From IMG/VR virus record IMGVR_UViG_3300049845_000008, positions 1-64,000 of that record: 64,000 nt of DNA. One strand, written 5' to 3'. Below, piece by piece: positions 1 to 8,620 of the stretch. The position numbers were made by a program, and so were the translations under genes. Every line of letters starts with the position of its first letter. Position 1 is the first letter of the stretch. This DNA is from a virus. The notes under the pieces were generated by a model. It ran no database searches, had not been told where the DNA came from, and saw nothing but the letters and a program-made list of their open reading frames with translations.

Positions 1-103
1 CGCGAATGTTCTCGCGCTCTGCTTCCATGCGCGTGAGTGAGTTGGAGATTTCCTGTAGGCAGGACTTGATAGCAACTTTCTGTGCCTGTGTAAACGATGC
101 CAT
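1..103 (-). CDS. dsbA: DsbA-like double-stranded DNA-binding protein (5' part only, runs off window edge)
   Basis: Manual translation from ATG at 103: MASFTQAQKVAIKSCLQEISNSLTRMEAERENIR. AAGGA RBS upstream; resembles the T4 DsbA/GapR-like coiled-coil segment; not in the ORF track. Confidence 0.6.
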   Translation of the reverse strand, partial: MASFTQAQKVAIKSCLQEISNSLTRMEAERENIR

Positions 104-115
104 GACGATAATTCC

Positions 116-784
116 TTAAATGGTGGATAGGTCTTTTTCCGCAGCCACGTAGTATTCGACGGGCTTCTCGGTGTGTTCGAACTTAGTCAGTCCCTTGCAA
201 AGCTTGACGCGATATGAGCCGTCGAGCATCTTCCAGTTCTCAACCTTGATCACGTAGACAAAACTCTTAGTCGTCTTACCAATCTCGGTAGAAGACATGT
301 CAGAAGAATCGTCCTTCGGGTCGTTCGACTGAATGTGAATCTTCTTGCCGTCACCACGGAAGATCAAGAACGGTGAGCCAGAGATACCGGCGCTCTTGCG
401 CTGCCACTGTAGATCATCTGCGCTGAGAGTAAACTCATGCTCCGGAGTGTCCATCGTCAGTTTCTTGTCCGGTGGAATTGCGGTGATGATCTTGGGTGAG
501 GAAAACTTGATGTAGTCCTTGCGGCGGGAGTCTGGAGACTTGAGGATAAGACGATCTGTTTCGACTTCAACCTCTGCATCCTTGTACAGAGACAACTTAG
601 CAAGCAACTTGTTCAGGTCGTAGATACCAAAGTCGGAAGGGAAGGACTCTGCCACTCTTGCGTTTGCGAGGATAGTCTTTCCTGTTGTAATGGTTGTGAG
701 TTCACTTCCCTTCCGAAACATGATGGTCTGGTTCAAAGTCGCGAAATTCTTGAGGATTTCAATTGTCAGTTCACTTAGCTTCAT
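116..784 (-). CDS. gp45: DNA polymerase sliding clamp
   Basis: MKLSELTIEILKNFATLNQ...FGIYDLNKLL...YYVAAE matches the typical gp45 pattern; 222 aa. Confidence 0.95.
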   Translation of the reverse strand: MKLSELTIEILKNFATLNQTIMFRKGSELTTITTGKTILANARVAESFPSDFGIYDLNKLLAKLSLYKDAEVEVETDRLILKSPDSRRKDYIKFSSPKIITAIPPDKKLTMDTPEHEFTLSADDLQWQRKSAGISGSPFLIFRGDGKKIHIQSNDPKDDSSDMSSTEIGKTTKSFVYVIKVENWKMLDGSYRVKLCKGLTKFEHTEKPVEYYVAAEKDLSTI

Positions 785-805
785 AATAACTCCAAAGTAT
801 ACCGT

Positions 806-834
806 ATTATATCACGGTTGGATCAGTTTCACAA
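806..834 (-). promoter_or_regulatory. sigma70-type promoter for gp45 (TTGTGA-17-TATAAT, extended -10)
   Basis: Minus strand TTGTGA (834-829), 17-nt spacer, TGA-TATAAT (811-806), followed by a GGAG RBS. Confidence 0.65.
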
Positions 835-1432
835 CCTTTTTCTCAAGGTCTTCTAGCGTAGTAGAATTAGTGATTTCATCATCGAAGGTCTTGCCGATCC
901 ACGCCCACTCGGAGTAATGGACATTAGGATACTTCTTCATGCTCTGCATGGAGCCGTCCCAACTGGTCATGACGTTGTAGGCTTCGGCTGTGTCATACCA
1001 CTCAGGTTCCGGACCACGCTTCACACGGATGACCTTGCCGCCGTTGTTACGGATCAGGTCAATTTCATTAGGAAAGCGAACGTCAGCGAGGACGTAGTTC
1101 TTAGCCGGATCAGTCCGTCTAAGGAAGGAAAGTACCCATACGTCTGTGTGGAACACGTTTCTGCCCGACTCTGTTCCCATAAGTTGCAGGGCGAGTCGAG
1201 GAGAAAACTCCCGCCCCAACTTCTCAGACCACCATGGATCAGGAGTCTCACGCCACTCTCGCGACTCCTTTGTATCACCTTCCAACATTTTCCTATCCCA
1301 CCCAAAGATAGGAGCAACTGCGTCCTTCACTGCGTTCGCAAAACTTTCCTTGTGGAAACCGTACTTGTGAGTGAGTATGTCTGCAACGGTTCCCTTGCCA
1401 CTGCCAATAAACCCAACGAAACCAATGATCAT
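812..1432 (-). CDS. gp1: Deoxynucleoside monophosphate kinase (T4 gp1-like)
   Basis: True start is probably MIIGFVGFIGSGKGT (P-loop); SFANAVKD, PRLALQLMGTE and DVRFPNE motifs. Confidence 0.9.
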   Translation of the reverse strand: MIIGFVGFIGSGKGTVADILTHKYGFHKESFANAVKDAVAPIFGWDRKMLEGDTKESREWRETPDPWWSEKLGREFSPRLALQLMGTESGRNVFHTDVWVLSFLRRTDPAKNYVLADVRFPNEIDLIRNNGGKVIRVKRGPEPEWYDTAEAYNVMTSWDGSMQSMKKYPNVHYSEWAWIGKTFDDEITNSTTLEDLEKKVVKLIQP

Positions 1433-1433
1433 A

Positions 1434-2249
1434 TTACAGAGTTCCCACGTAGTTCGCAACCGCTGCCATGTCACCCGTGAACGCATACGTTCCAATGTGG
1501 TGAGTCTTCATCCATGGGCAAAGCCAAATCTCGCCGCCGATCTTCCGCCACAACTGACAGAACATGTAGTCTTCGGAGAGGTAGCGCATGGAGCCGCCGC
1601 CGACGTAGGATTCCTTAGTATCGATCACGGTGTCGAAGTAAGCGTGAATCATGCGCGAGCCGTCAAAGTTGGCTTGTCCAACATGGTCGGGCTTGTATTC
1701 GATGCCGGGGAAGTTTTCCTTAAGCTTGTCGAATACGTCACGCTTGATCAGCATGTAGCCGGTGCCAATTTCCAGAACGGAGATAGGATCACCGATGGAG
1801 AACTTCTCGGTGCCGGGGACCGGATTGAACACAAAGTCACCCGCGACCTTCTCAAGTTCTTCAAGCTTGATGTTTGGGTTCTTCGTGATAGCGTCTTTCA
1901 CAGCCGCCCACTTGATGCTCTTCTTCGGGTATGGACCGCCAATTACATCCTTCTTAAGAGCAATCATCGCAACTACGTCGCGAGGATCGTAGTGAATGTC
2001 TGCGTCGATGAATAGAAGGTGCGTGAACCCGGAGCGAAGGAATTCGTCTACCAGATAGTTTCGGGCGCGTGTGATTAGGGATTCATTGAAGATGAATGAG
2101 AACTTTACATCGATGCCGTACTGCGCACAACATGCTTGTAAGTCTAATGAGGATTTGGCATACATGCCATGGCACATACCACCATACATCGGGGTGGCGA
2201 CGAAAAGCTTTACTTTGCGCAGATCGTCTACAGAAATTTCAAGTTGCAT
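1434..2249 (-). CDS. GT-A fold glycosyltransferase-like protein
   Basis: LFVATPMYGG...ESLITRARN...THLLFIDADI (DxD)...GTGYMLIKR...YLSEDYMFC...HIG. Confidence 0.75.
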   Translation of the reverse strand: MQLEISVDDLRKVKLFVATPMYGGMCHGMYAKSSLDLQACCAQYGIDVKFSFIFNESLITRARNYLVDEFLRSGFTHLLFIDADIHYDPRDVVAMIALKKDVIGGPYPKKSIKWAAVKDAITKNPNIKLEELEKVAGDFVFNPVPGTEKFSIGDPISVLEIGTGYMLIKRDVFDKLKENFPGIEYKPDHVGQANFDGSRMIHAYFDTVIDTKESYVGGGSMRYLSEDYMFCQLWRKIGGEIWLCPWMKTHHIGTYAFTGDMAAVANYVGTL

Positions 2250-2293
2250 ATGATAACTCCACTCAGCAAATGATGACAGAGAATATATAGCTC

Positions 2294-2322
2294 AGTTTAC
2301 ATGAGCGGTGCTGAAAAGTCAA
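2294..2322 (-). promoter_or_regulatory. sigma70-type promoter for the glycosyltransferase (TTGACT-17-TAAACT); late-like CTATATA at 2290-2284
   Basis: Direct read of the minus strand with exact 17-nt spacing. Confidence 0.55.
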
Positions 2323-2353
2323 ACGAAAAGAGCCGGAATTTCTTCCGGCTCTT
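2321..2353 (-). terminator. Intrinsic terminator after the HTH gene
   Basis: AAGAGCCGGAA-GAAA-TTCCGGCTCTT hairpin followed by TTCGTTT. Confidence 0.8.
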
Positions 2354-2377
2354 ATAGTCACTTAAGACTCGTTACTC

Positions 2378-2659
2378 TTAGCCGTTGAGGGCTTCAAGAG
2401 CGATCTGCGTCCGACCCGCACGCATGTTGCGGAGGTAACGCTTCGACGGGGTGCCGTAGCGATAGACGTTGATCGTGCGACCTTCATAGGTCTTGCGGTT
2501 GCGATAGATGGGATGCCCCTCTAGGCGCAGCGCGTTGACCGTCTTAGTCACGGTTGCCGGGGAAACGCCGAAACGTGCCGCAGCCTGCTTAGTGGTGAAC
2601 GTATTGTACACCGGATTATCGAAGGTGCGAAGCACCTTTTCACGTAGCGAAAGACTCAT
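2378..2659 (-). CDS. Winged helix-turn-helix DNA-binding protein
   Basis: FTTKQAAARFGVSPATVTKTVNALRLEGHPIY HTH pattern; basic; has its own promoter and terminator. Confidence 0.7.
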   Translation of the reverse strand: MSLSLREKVLRTFDNPVYNTFTTKQAAARFGVSPATVTKTVNALRLEGHPIYRNRKTYEGRTINVYRYGTPSKRYLRNMRAGRTQIALEALNG

Positions 2660-2734
2660 AGTTCTAGAACCTCAATCAAATCCCGCAATTCACATTAGAG
2701 AATGAATGGGCTGCGGTTTACCCATTACAGAATC

Positions 2735-2763
2735 ATTATAGCAGAATGGGTGGAGGAAGTCTA
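2735..2763 (-). promoter_or_regulatory. sigma70-type promoter for the HTH gene (TAGACT-17-TATAAT, TGn extended -10)
   Basis: Direct read of the minus strand. Confidence 0.7.
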
Positions 2764-3183
2764 GAGTGTTTCTTCGCGAGCTAAGAGTATTACTCTCTTA
2801 TTGATCTTACGAGCATAACGAACGGTCGCCCATGTGCCGCTGCGAAGTTCTTCCTGATTAGACTTAGGACTAGCGATCAAGCCAATGGATTCATCCACGA
2901 TATCGTGATTGCGTGGAATGTAATCCTTGGGTTCGCGGATTTCCTTCGCACCCTGACAGTATGCACGCTTGATGCGTCTGATGGGTGGATGGATGATGAC
3001 TTCGCATCCCGCCGCAAGAGCGATTTCGTGCGCCTCTGCATCGGCACCGACACAATCGCCATGGTGAAAAATTACCGGATCACCTTGAAGGGTCGCTGCG
3101 GTCAAAACCTGCCGCAGCGTTTCCTTCTGGTGCGCTGACATTCCTAGCTGAGTGCCGGTGAAACCGATATGACGCTCGATCAT
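2761..3183 (-). CDS. SLOG superfamily (YspA/DprA-like) protein
   Basis: IGFTGT...HHGDCVGADA...RNHDIVD...SGTWATVRYA motifs. Confidence 0.75.
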   Translation of the reverse strand: MIERHIGFTGTQLGMSAHQKETLRQVLTAATLQGDPVIFHHGDCVGADAEAHEIALAAGCEVIIHPPIRRIKRAYCQGAKEIREPKDYIPRNHDIVDESIGLIASPKSNQEELRSGTWATVRYARKINKRVILLAREETL

Positions 3184-3185
3184 GA

Positions 3186-4601
3186 TCAGGCTTCCGGAAC
3201 AAGGAACCCGTGATTGCCGACAGTTTCATCGAAGATGAGCATCGCAGACTTCGCAGCCTTGATCTGTGCATACGTTACCGCAGTCTTGCGGTCGAACGCA
3301 TCGACAATGTAGCAAGCCTTTGCATCATCCTTGAAGATGGATACCGGAGTCTTGTACTTGGCGGCGAGCATCGTCACCATGTCATCGAATTCCTTCGCTT
3401 CGGGCATCTTGCCTTCCGCTTCCACCTTGAACGCTTCCGCGTCGATCTTGCTGTACAAGTCGAGGAATGCGGTCTTCGTTTCCGCATCGAACCGGTTGAG
3501 GCACTTTTCGATTGCTTTCATGCGATTCTTCTTGAAGATCTTGAAAGCCTTGGCAATGTGCACAAGGCGACGGGTGGAAATGATTTCATCCACTGCGCCA
3601 TCCTTGAAGGTCTTGCGAATGGCTTCCGCCCACGTTACCAGACGGTCGATAAAATCGTCGTCCGAGATTTCCAACGCTTCGAAATTCTTCGCGAGAATTC
3701 GGCGTTCGGTCTTCGCATCCGGATAGTCCTGCTCTTCCGTAAGAGCAAAACGTTCAAGCATGGCTTCGTTCATGACGTTCGCACCGAGGTAGCGACCATC
3801 CGCGTCACCCTTGCCCTTAGTGTTAGCCGTTGCGCAAATCTGGAAACCGAATGCCGGGTGGACGATTTCGCCGGTCTTCTTATCGAAGTACGGCTTGCCT
3901 TCTAGAATCGGCTGCAAGCAAAGCAAGTCTTCGGTGCCAAGGTCAACTTCATCCAGAAGTAGAACCGCACCGCGCCGCATCGCAGTCAACACCGGACCTT
4001 CGCGGCGAATCGTAGAACCATCGATCAGTTCGTAAGAGCCGATCAGGTCCGTTTCATCGGTGCGCTTAGTGATGTTCACGCGAATGACTTCGCGCCCAAG
4101 GGACGCGCAAACCTGCTCCACCATCAGGGTCTTACCGTTGCCTGAGTGACCCTGAATAAAAACAGGGTAGAAGAGTTTTGAGTTTATGATATCCCGAAGG
4201 TCATCGAAGAAACCAAACGGAACGTAGGTGTCGAGCCGATCCGGAACAAAGGATTCGGTGACGTTGAGCGCACGCTTCGAAGCAATCTGCACAACGGCAG
4301 CGGATTGCACCATAGCCGGTTCTTCCGCTTCGATCTTGTCGAGCGCCGCCGCGATTGCGTGGCTCATGGTGTTCTTTTTCAGGAGCGCGGAACGCGAGCA
4401 AAGTCGATACTTGCCGCGAGCAAACTTGCGCTTGTCGTCGCGCAGAATGAAATGCGGAACGGGCAACCCCTTGGACTCCGCGAAGTCAAGGATTTGCTTG
4501 GACGTTGCTGTATCGCCAAATTCGGCAATCAGGTCATCAAGGAATTTTTGCTGCTGTTCCACGGTGTAATTCGGAGTGCGTGCCATATCGGAGAATGCCA
4601 T
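3186..4601 (-). CDS. cobS: MoxR/CobS-like AAA+ ATPase
   Basis: Walker A GHSGNGKT, Walker B LLLDEVD, ATANTKGKG, NEAMLERF, ISTRRL. Confidence 0.9.
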   Translation of the reverse strand: MAFSDMARTPNYTVEQQQKFLDDLIAEFGDTATSKQILDFAESKGLPVPHFILRDDKRKFARGKYRLCSRSALLKKNTMSHAIAAALDKIEAEEPAMVQSAAVVQIASKRALNVTESFVPDRLDTYVPFGFFDDLRDIINSKLFYPVFIQGHSGNGKTLMVEQVCASLGREVIRVNITKRTDETDLIGSYELIDGSTIRREGPVLTAMRRGAVLLLDEVDLGTEDLLCLQPILEGKPYFDKKTGEIVHPAFGFQICATANTKGKGDADGRYLGANVMNEAMLERFALTEEQDYPDAKTERRILAKNFEALEISDDDFIDRLVTWAEAIRKTFKDGAVDEIISTRRLVHIAKAFKIFKKNRMKAIEKCLNRFDAETKTAFLDLYSKIDAEAFKVEAEGKMPEAKEFDDMVTMLAAKYKTPVSIFKDDAKACYIVDAFDRKTAVTYAQIKAAKSAMLIFDETVGNHGFLVPEA

Positions 4602-4621
4602 GAGTTACTATCTATGCTACC

Positions 4622-4683
4622 AGTATGAGGGAAGTCGAGTCAAAACGCAAGTCAGGAAAGCTTTTGGAAATCAATGACTTACG
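4622..4683 (-). promoter_or_regulatory. IHF consensus site plus sigma70-like promoter upstream of cobS
   Basis: AATCAATGACTTA (4669-4681) fits WATCAANNNNTTR; 18 nt to TTGCGT-17-CATACT. Confidence 0.65.
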
Positions 4684-4939
4684 AGAATGTGCTAGCAGAA
4701 TAGGTGTTTCGTGGCACAATTTCGGCTTCGATCACGATCCAGTCGATAGGGTCGGGGTATCGTTCCGTTCCGTACAGTCCATATCGTTCACGATAGTTCT
4801 TAATTGAGGTAAGATGGCTCTTAACGAATGCTTTCTTTTTCCAAACCTTCGCATCGCCAATCTTGTCAGTCCATGTGGGACACGGACAACCACCCTTGGA
4901 ATACTTACCCGTCTTAGCGTCTTGAATCATGTACATCAT
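4679..4939 (-). CDS. Hypothetical protein
   Basis: 86 aa, in line with neighbours; YSKGG...W...KVWKK pattern seen in small phage proteins. Confidence 0.7.
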   Translation of the reverse strand: MMYMIQDAKTGKYSKGGCPCPTWTDKIGDAKVWKKKAFVKSHLTSIKNYRERYGLYGTERYPDPIDWIVIEAEIVPRNTYSASTFS

Positions 4940-4943
4940 AGTG

Positions 4944-5483
4944 TCATACCATCGGTAGTAAATTAGGCGGCGGCATGGACTTTCTCACCGCATCTTCGGC
5001 TTGTTCGCGGCAGCGAGTGTAAGCCTCAGTCTCAGGAAGAGAGCTATCATACCAGATATCGAAAGACTCGTAACTCGGCGTTACGGTTGTGGTCGATGCG
5101 TCGTCATAGGTTTGCAGTGTGAATGGGACCATCTTAGCCACTTTCAGGCTCACCATGCCACGCTCAATTGCTTGGCGCACAAGATCTACAACCTTACGAT
5201 TGAATTGCTTGTCCCACTTCAACTGTGTTTTCTTGTTCTCTGTCACAATGAACAGTCGGCGTGCATTCAAGTCTTCTGGACTCGGACGGTTTCCCTTCAC
5301 GTATTTATCAAATGACTTGATGTTTCGCATTACGTAGTCCACCATGTCATCGTACTTGTCGTCATCGAATCGTGTGCCGTCAATCAATTCATATTGGAAA
5401 GCTTCCATGCGAAAGGTGAACGGCACGCCATAGATCGTGCCGTCGCCCATCGGACCCCTGCCCATGAATGGATTGATTGCCAT
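4944..5483 (-). CDS. Hypothetical protein
   Basis: 179 aa, tightly packed with neighbours, no recognised motif. Confidence 0.7.
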   Translation of the reverse strand: MAINPFMGRGPMGDGTIYGVPFTFRMEAFQYELIDGTRFDDDKYDDMVDYVMRNIKSFDKYVKGNRPSPEDLNARRLFIVTENKKTQLKWDKQFNRKVVDLVRQAIERGMVSLKVAKMVPFTLQTYDDASTTTVTPSYESFDIWYDSSLPETEAYTRCREQAEDAVRKSMPPPNLLPMV

Positions 5484-5623
5484 TATTTCTTGTCTTCATT
5501 ATCGAACCACATCATGAGCATCATGTAAAGTATGAACTGCTCCATTTGGGTTCCATCGAAAATCCAACCACAAAGCGCGGCGAAGAAAACCGCGAAAACG
5601 ATCTTCATAATACTAAACATCAT
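5483..5623 (-). CDS. Small hydrophobic membrane protein (46 aa)
   Basis: Manual translation MMFSIMKIVFAVFFAALCGWIFDGTQMEQFILYMMLMMWFDNEDKK; ATGA overlap upstream and TAATG overlap downstream. Confidence 0.65.
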   Translation of the reverse strand: MMFSIMKIVFAVFFAALCGWIFDGTQMEQFILYMMLMMWFDNEDKK

Positions 5624-7968
5624 GCTGCGATATCCTGTGCAAATTTAGAAACAAGGATGCGGTGCTTACGCTTGTCATCCTGCGCGTCAGTGAAAACCTT
5701 GGCAATCTTCTTGCTGCTCATGTCTTCGGAGAGGCTGTAATCTTCATCCGTAACATTGAGGTCATTCTGGTTGACAAAGTAGTACATGTCATAGCCGATC
5801 ATCGGCATGGAGTAGTAACCATCCTTGCGCCACTGCTTTTCCATTTCCTTTTCAGCCAATGCGTCCATTGTGGAGTTCTGGCGAATGTAGCCCTTGACCG
5901 CACGCGCATTACCGATATAGAAGCCGATATGCTTGCAACCGGTCGAGGCACGCACAAACTCGGTCATAGCCTTCTGGTGCTGAATAGACGAAGTGTAGCC
6001 GTTGATCAGTTCGACACGGCGACGGGTCTTCGGGTCGATCAGATAGATATGCTGTTCGATCTTCGGCTTGCCTTCGGTAGTCATGGGCGACGGCTTGATA
6101 TCCGTGAAGTTGAAGCAACCGGTGCCGTCACCGTCCGTAAGATAGATGACGTTGGTGATATCCACCTTATTGTCAGCCTTGAAGCGTTCGATCATCGGGC
6201 GCGAAGCCATGACCGTATGAGTGAACGGAGTGCCGCCGAGAGCCAGACCCATCGCATCCCACGACAGATACGTGCGCGGATACATGCGGCTCTTCCAGTT
6301 CATTGCGATTGCTGCCATTGCGTCAACCGCACGGCGATACACGTTACCCTGCAACTGCGAAGATACAAAGTGAATCAGGTGGAAACCGTCACTGGTAATC
6401 GCATACGCATCGTTGTTCAACTTCTGGAACTTCTGTCCGATAAAGCCAGAGTTCAGCTTTTTCTTGGCAATCATGCCATACAGGAAGTCCTTGCGATCCG
6501 AGAAACCGTAAACGTCGAACGGGATGCCGACGCGACGGCAGAACGCAGTGAGAATAAGCGTCTGTTCCATGGTCGCGCCGAAGCAATCTGTCATGGAGCC
6601 AGACATATCCACGTACATGATCATGCCGTGGCTCTTGCCCTTTTCGACAACAGAGATTTTCTTGAACAGGTCATTCGAATACTTGTACTGGTGCAGCTTG
6701 GACATGTCCAGTTCGCCAGTCTTCGCTACGGTAGTGCGAGCGTACTGCCGCGCATTCTTCCGCATTTCGAATTCCTTGACCAGAAGGTTGATGTAGCGAT
6801 TGTTCTTCTCAGAGAAACGCTTCGCAGCCGTGGCTACGATAGGATCATTCTTACCGGCAAGCTTTTGCGCCTGCGCCAACTGCTCATAGAAGTTGTCAAC
6901 GAATACCTTGTGCGGAACCACGATGCGGTCGAGCATCGGCTTCGGCAGATTGTATGTATAGACTTCCACGCCGTCCGCGATCAGTTCGCGTTCACGGTCA
7001 CGGAAAATCTTGTCGGTGATGGACTCAGGCTCTTCGGTCTTACCTTCCTCGCCTGCGCCACTTTCACCCGGAGCCTCTTCGGTGGAATCCTTCTCTTCCT
7101 TACCCTCGGCAGCTTCATCGCCTTCGCCGGATGCCTCAGACTCTTCCTCGGATTCATCGTCGGAATCTTCCGCATTAGAACCGTCCGCAGTCTCTTCATC
7201 GTCGGAATCTTCATCCGTAGAATCAGACTGCGAAGCCTGCGTTTCCTGTTCCTCTTCCTCGCTGCCATCATTAGACAGGTCGAGTTCCTGTTCTTCGGGA
7301 GCATCGAAGTTGCCGGTTTCGCAGTTATCTTCAAACTGGCGCAGCAACTCTTCGGTCAGGTCTTCAAGCGAATTCAGCTTGTCGTCCTGTTCCTTTTTCG
7401 CGAGGTCGAACAGACGGTGTGAGAGTTCAACAACTTCATCCCAAGTCTCGGTGTTTTCGACTTCGCGCATAAGGTCGCGCTCTTCATCCGAAAACGGAAC
7501 GATCAGGAACGCGCCACACTTCGCATACAGATTGATGCGGTCGAGGATGTTCAGCTTGGAATAGTCATTGAGATTCTTGATGCCGAAGAAATCCCGTTCG
7601 AAGAGATTCTTGTAACCGGCAACGAATGACTTGGAAAGACCGGGATACTTGCGCTTGATCAGTTTTTCGATTCGCGCATCTTCCACGATGTTCAGGACAT
7701 TCTTGAACGTGCCGATGATCTTGCCGTTTTCATCGTGGATAGCGTTGTGCCAACCCTCTTCGGGAGTGAAGAGAGCATGACCGACTTCATGCCCACCGAG
7801 CAAATCATAAAGCGCACCGTCCATATCTTCCCAAATCGGCAGATACAGGGTGCGAGTCTTCAATTCGAATGCCGCAGTGCTGACACGTTGATGCACTACG
7901 TTGATGTTTTCACCCGCGAGCAATTTCGCGAGCATTGACTTGGTGATGCTAAGATTGGTGGCTGACAT
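5620..7968 (-). CDS. CobT-like metallopeptidase-VWA protein (partner of the MoxR ATPase)
   Basis: HEVGH (HExxH), NIVEDARIE, long acidic linker, MIDAS DMSGSM...GGTP...LTDG. Confidence 0.85.
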   Translation of the reverse strand: MSATNLSITKSMLAKLLAGENINVVHQRVSTAAFELKTRTLYLPIWEDMDGALYDLLGGHEVGHALFTPEEGWHNAIHDENGKIIGTFKNVLNIVEDARIEKLIKRKYPGLSKSFVAGYKNLFERDFFGIKNLNDYSKLNILDRINLYAKCGAFLIVPFSDEERDLMREVENTETWDEVVELSHRLFDLAKKEQDDKLNSLEDLTEELLRQFEDNCETGNFDAPEEQELDLSNDGSEEEEQETQASQSDSTDEDSDDEETADGSNAEDSDDESEEESEASGEGDEAAEGKEEKDSTEEAPGESGAGEEGKTEEPESITDKIFRDRERELIADGVEVYTYNLPKPMLDRIVVPHKVFVDNFYEQLAQAQKLAGKNDPIVATAAKRFSEKNNRYINLLVKEFEMRKNARQYARTTVAKTGELDMSKLHQYKYSNDLFKKISVVEKGKSHGMIMYVDMSGSMTDCFGATMEQTLILTAFCRRVGIPFDVYGFSDRKDFLYGMIAKKKLNSGFIGQKFQKLNNDAYAITSDGFHLIHFVSSQLQGNVYRRAVDAMAAIAMNWKSRMYPRTYLSWDAMGLALGGTPFTHTVMASRPMIERFKADNKVDITNVIYLTDGDGTGCFNFTDIKPSPMTTEGKPKIEQHIYLIDPKTRRRVELINGYTSSIQHQKAMTEFVRASTGCKHIGFYIGNARAVKGYIRQNSTMDALAEKEMEKQWRKDGYYSMPMIGYDMYYFVNQNDLNVTDEDYSLSEDMSSKKIAKVFTDAQDDKRKHRILVSKFAQDIAA

Positions 7969-7990
7969 GAGAATCCTCTATCCTGCCACC

Positions 7991-8052
7991 AGTTTGACAG
8001 GTTTTCTAGGGGAAAGCAAGCCTTATAACCCCTTAGAAATCAATAACTTACG
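7991..8052 (-). promoter_or_regulatory. IHF consensus site plus sigma70-like promoter upstream of the CobT-like gene
   Basis: AATCAATAACTTA (8038-8050); 18 nt to TTGCTT-17-CAAACT; same layout as the cobS promoter. Confidence 0.65.
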
Positions 8053-8620
8053 CGCCCTTCGTGATCTTGCGGATCTTTTTCAGGTTCGTTTTGACCTTTC
8101 TCTTAGCTATGTCTAATTTGATTGGCGACACAAGATCCGTGTAACAGATGCCGCGCAGATGGTCAATCTCATGCAGCACGCACGTTGCCATGATCCCTTC
8201 GAACTTCTGGCGAACCACTTCGCCGTTGAATGCTTGGAAGTCCACGATGACCCATTCCGGACGAGCCAGTTCTAGGAACAGACCGGGGAACGAAAGGCAT
8301 CCTTCCTTGAAGTCACTCGTCGTCGGTGACATTTCTACGATGGTCGGATTGATCAGGCAGATCGTCTTGTTGTTCTCAAGATCAACCACCACGCAAACAG
8401 AATGCTCCAAACCAACCTGATTGGCTGCGAGTCCCAATCCCTGATAGTGGGCTACGGAATCGATCAGGCTCATGCCGATGTACGATACCTGTGTTCCCGG
8501 CATCGTGTCGAAGTCGATAGGCTTTGTCGGCTTGCGGAGAATTGGATCGTACTGATCCACCAGAGGTAGAACTTCCGATTCTACCATTTCGCCTTCGATG
8601 AATTTGATATTCTTACTCAT
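8048..8620 (-). CDS. def: Peptide deformylase
   Basis: All three PDF motifs: GLGLAANQVG, EGCLS, HEIDH. Confidence 0.95.
   Translation of the reverse strand: MSKNIKFIEGEMVESEVLPLVDQYDPILRKPTKPIDFDTMPGTQVSYIGMSLIDSVAHYQGLGLAANQVGLEHSVCVVVDLENNKTICLINPTIVEMSPTTSDFKEGCLSFPGLFLELARPEWVIVDFQAFNGEVVRQKFEGIMATCVLHEIDHLRGICYTDLVSPIKLDIAKRKVKTNLKKIRKITKGA

Noticed and set aside
1433-1495. ORF-track N-terminal extensions (dNMP kinase to 1495; also 19301 and 50004 starts)
   Set aside because: They overlap upstream genes; downstream ATGs at 1432, 19241 and 49962 abut the upstream stops and begin at the conserved sequence.
5662-7422. 586-aa + strand ORF (likewise 54181-55482, 56005-56883, 61780-63114 and other + strand ORFs)
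   Set aside because: Each lies antisense to a well-supported gene and shows no recognisable motif; these are codon-bias shadow ORFs.
3186-7968. Cobalamin biosynthesis auxiliary pathway
   Set aside because: No cobN or other cob genes; the phage CobS/CobT-like pair is better read as a MoxR-VWA system.
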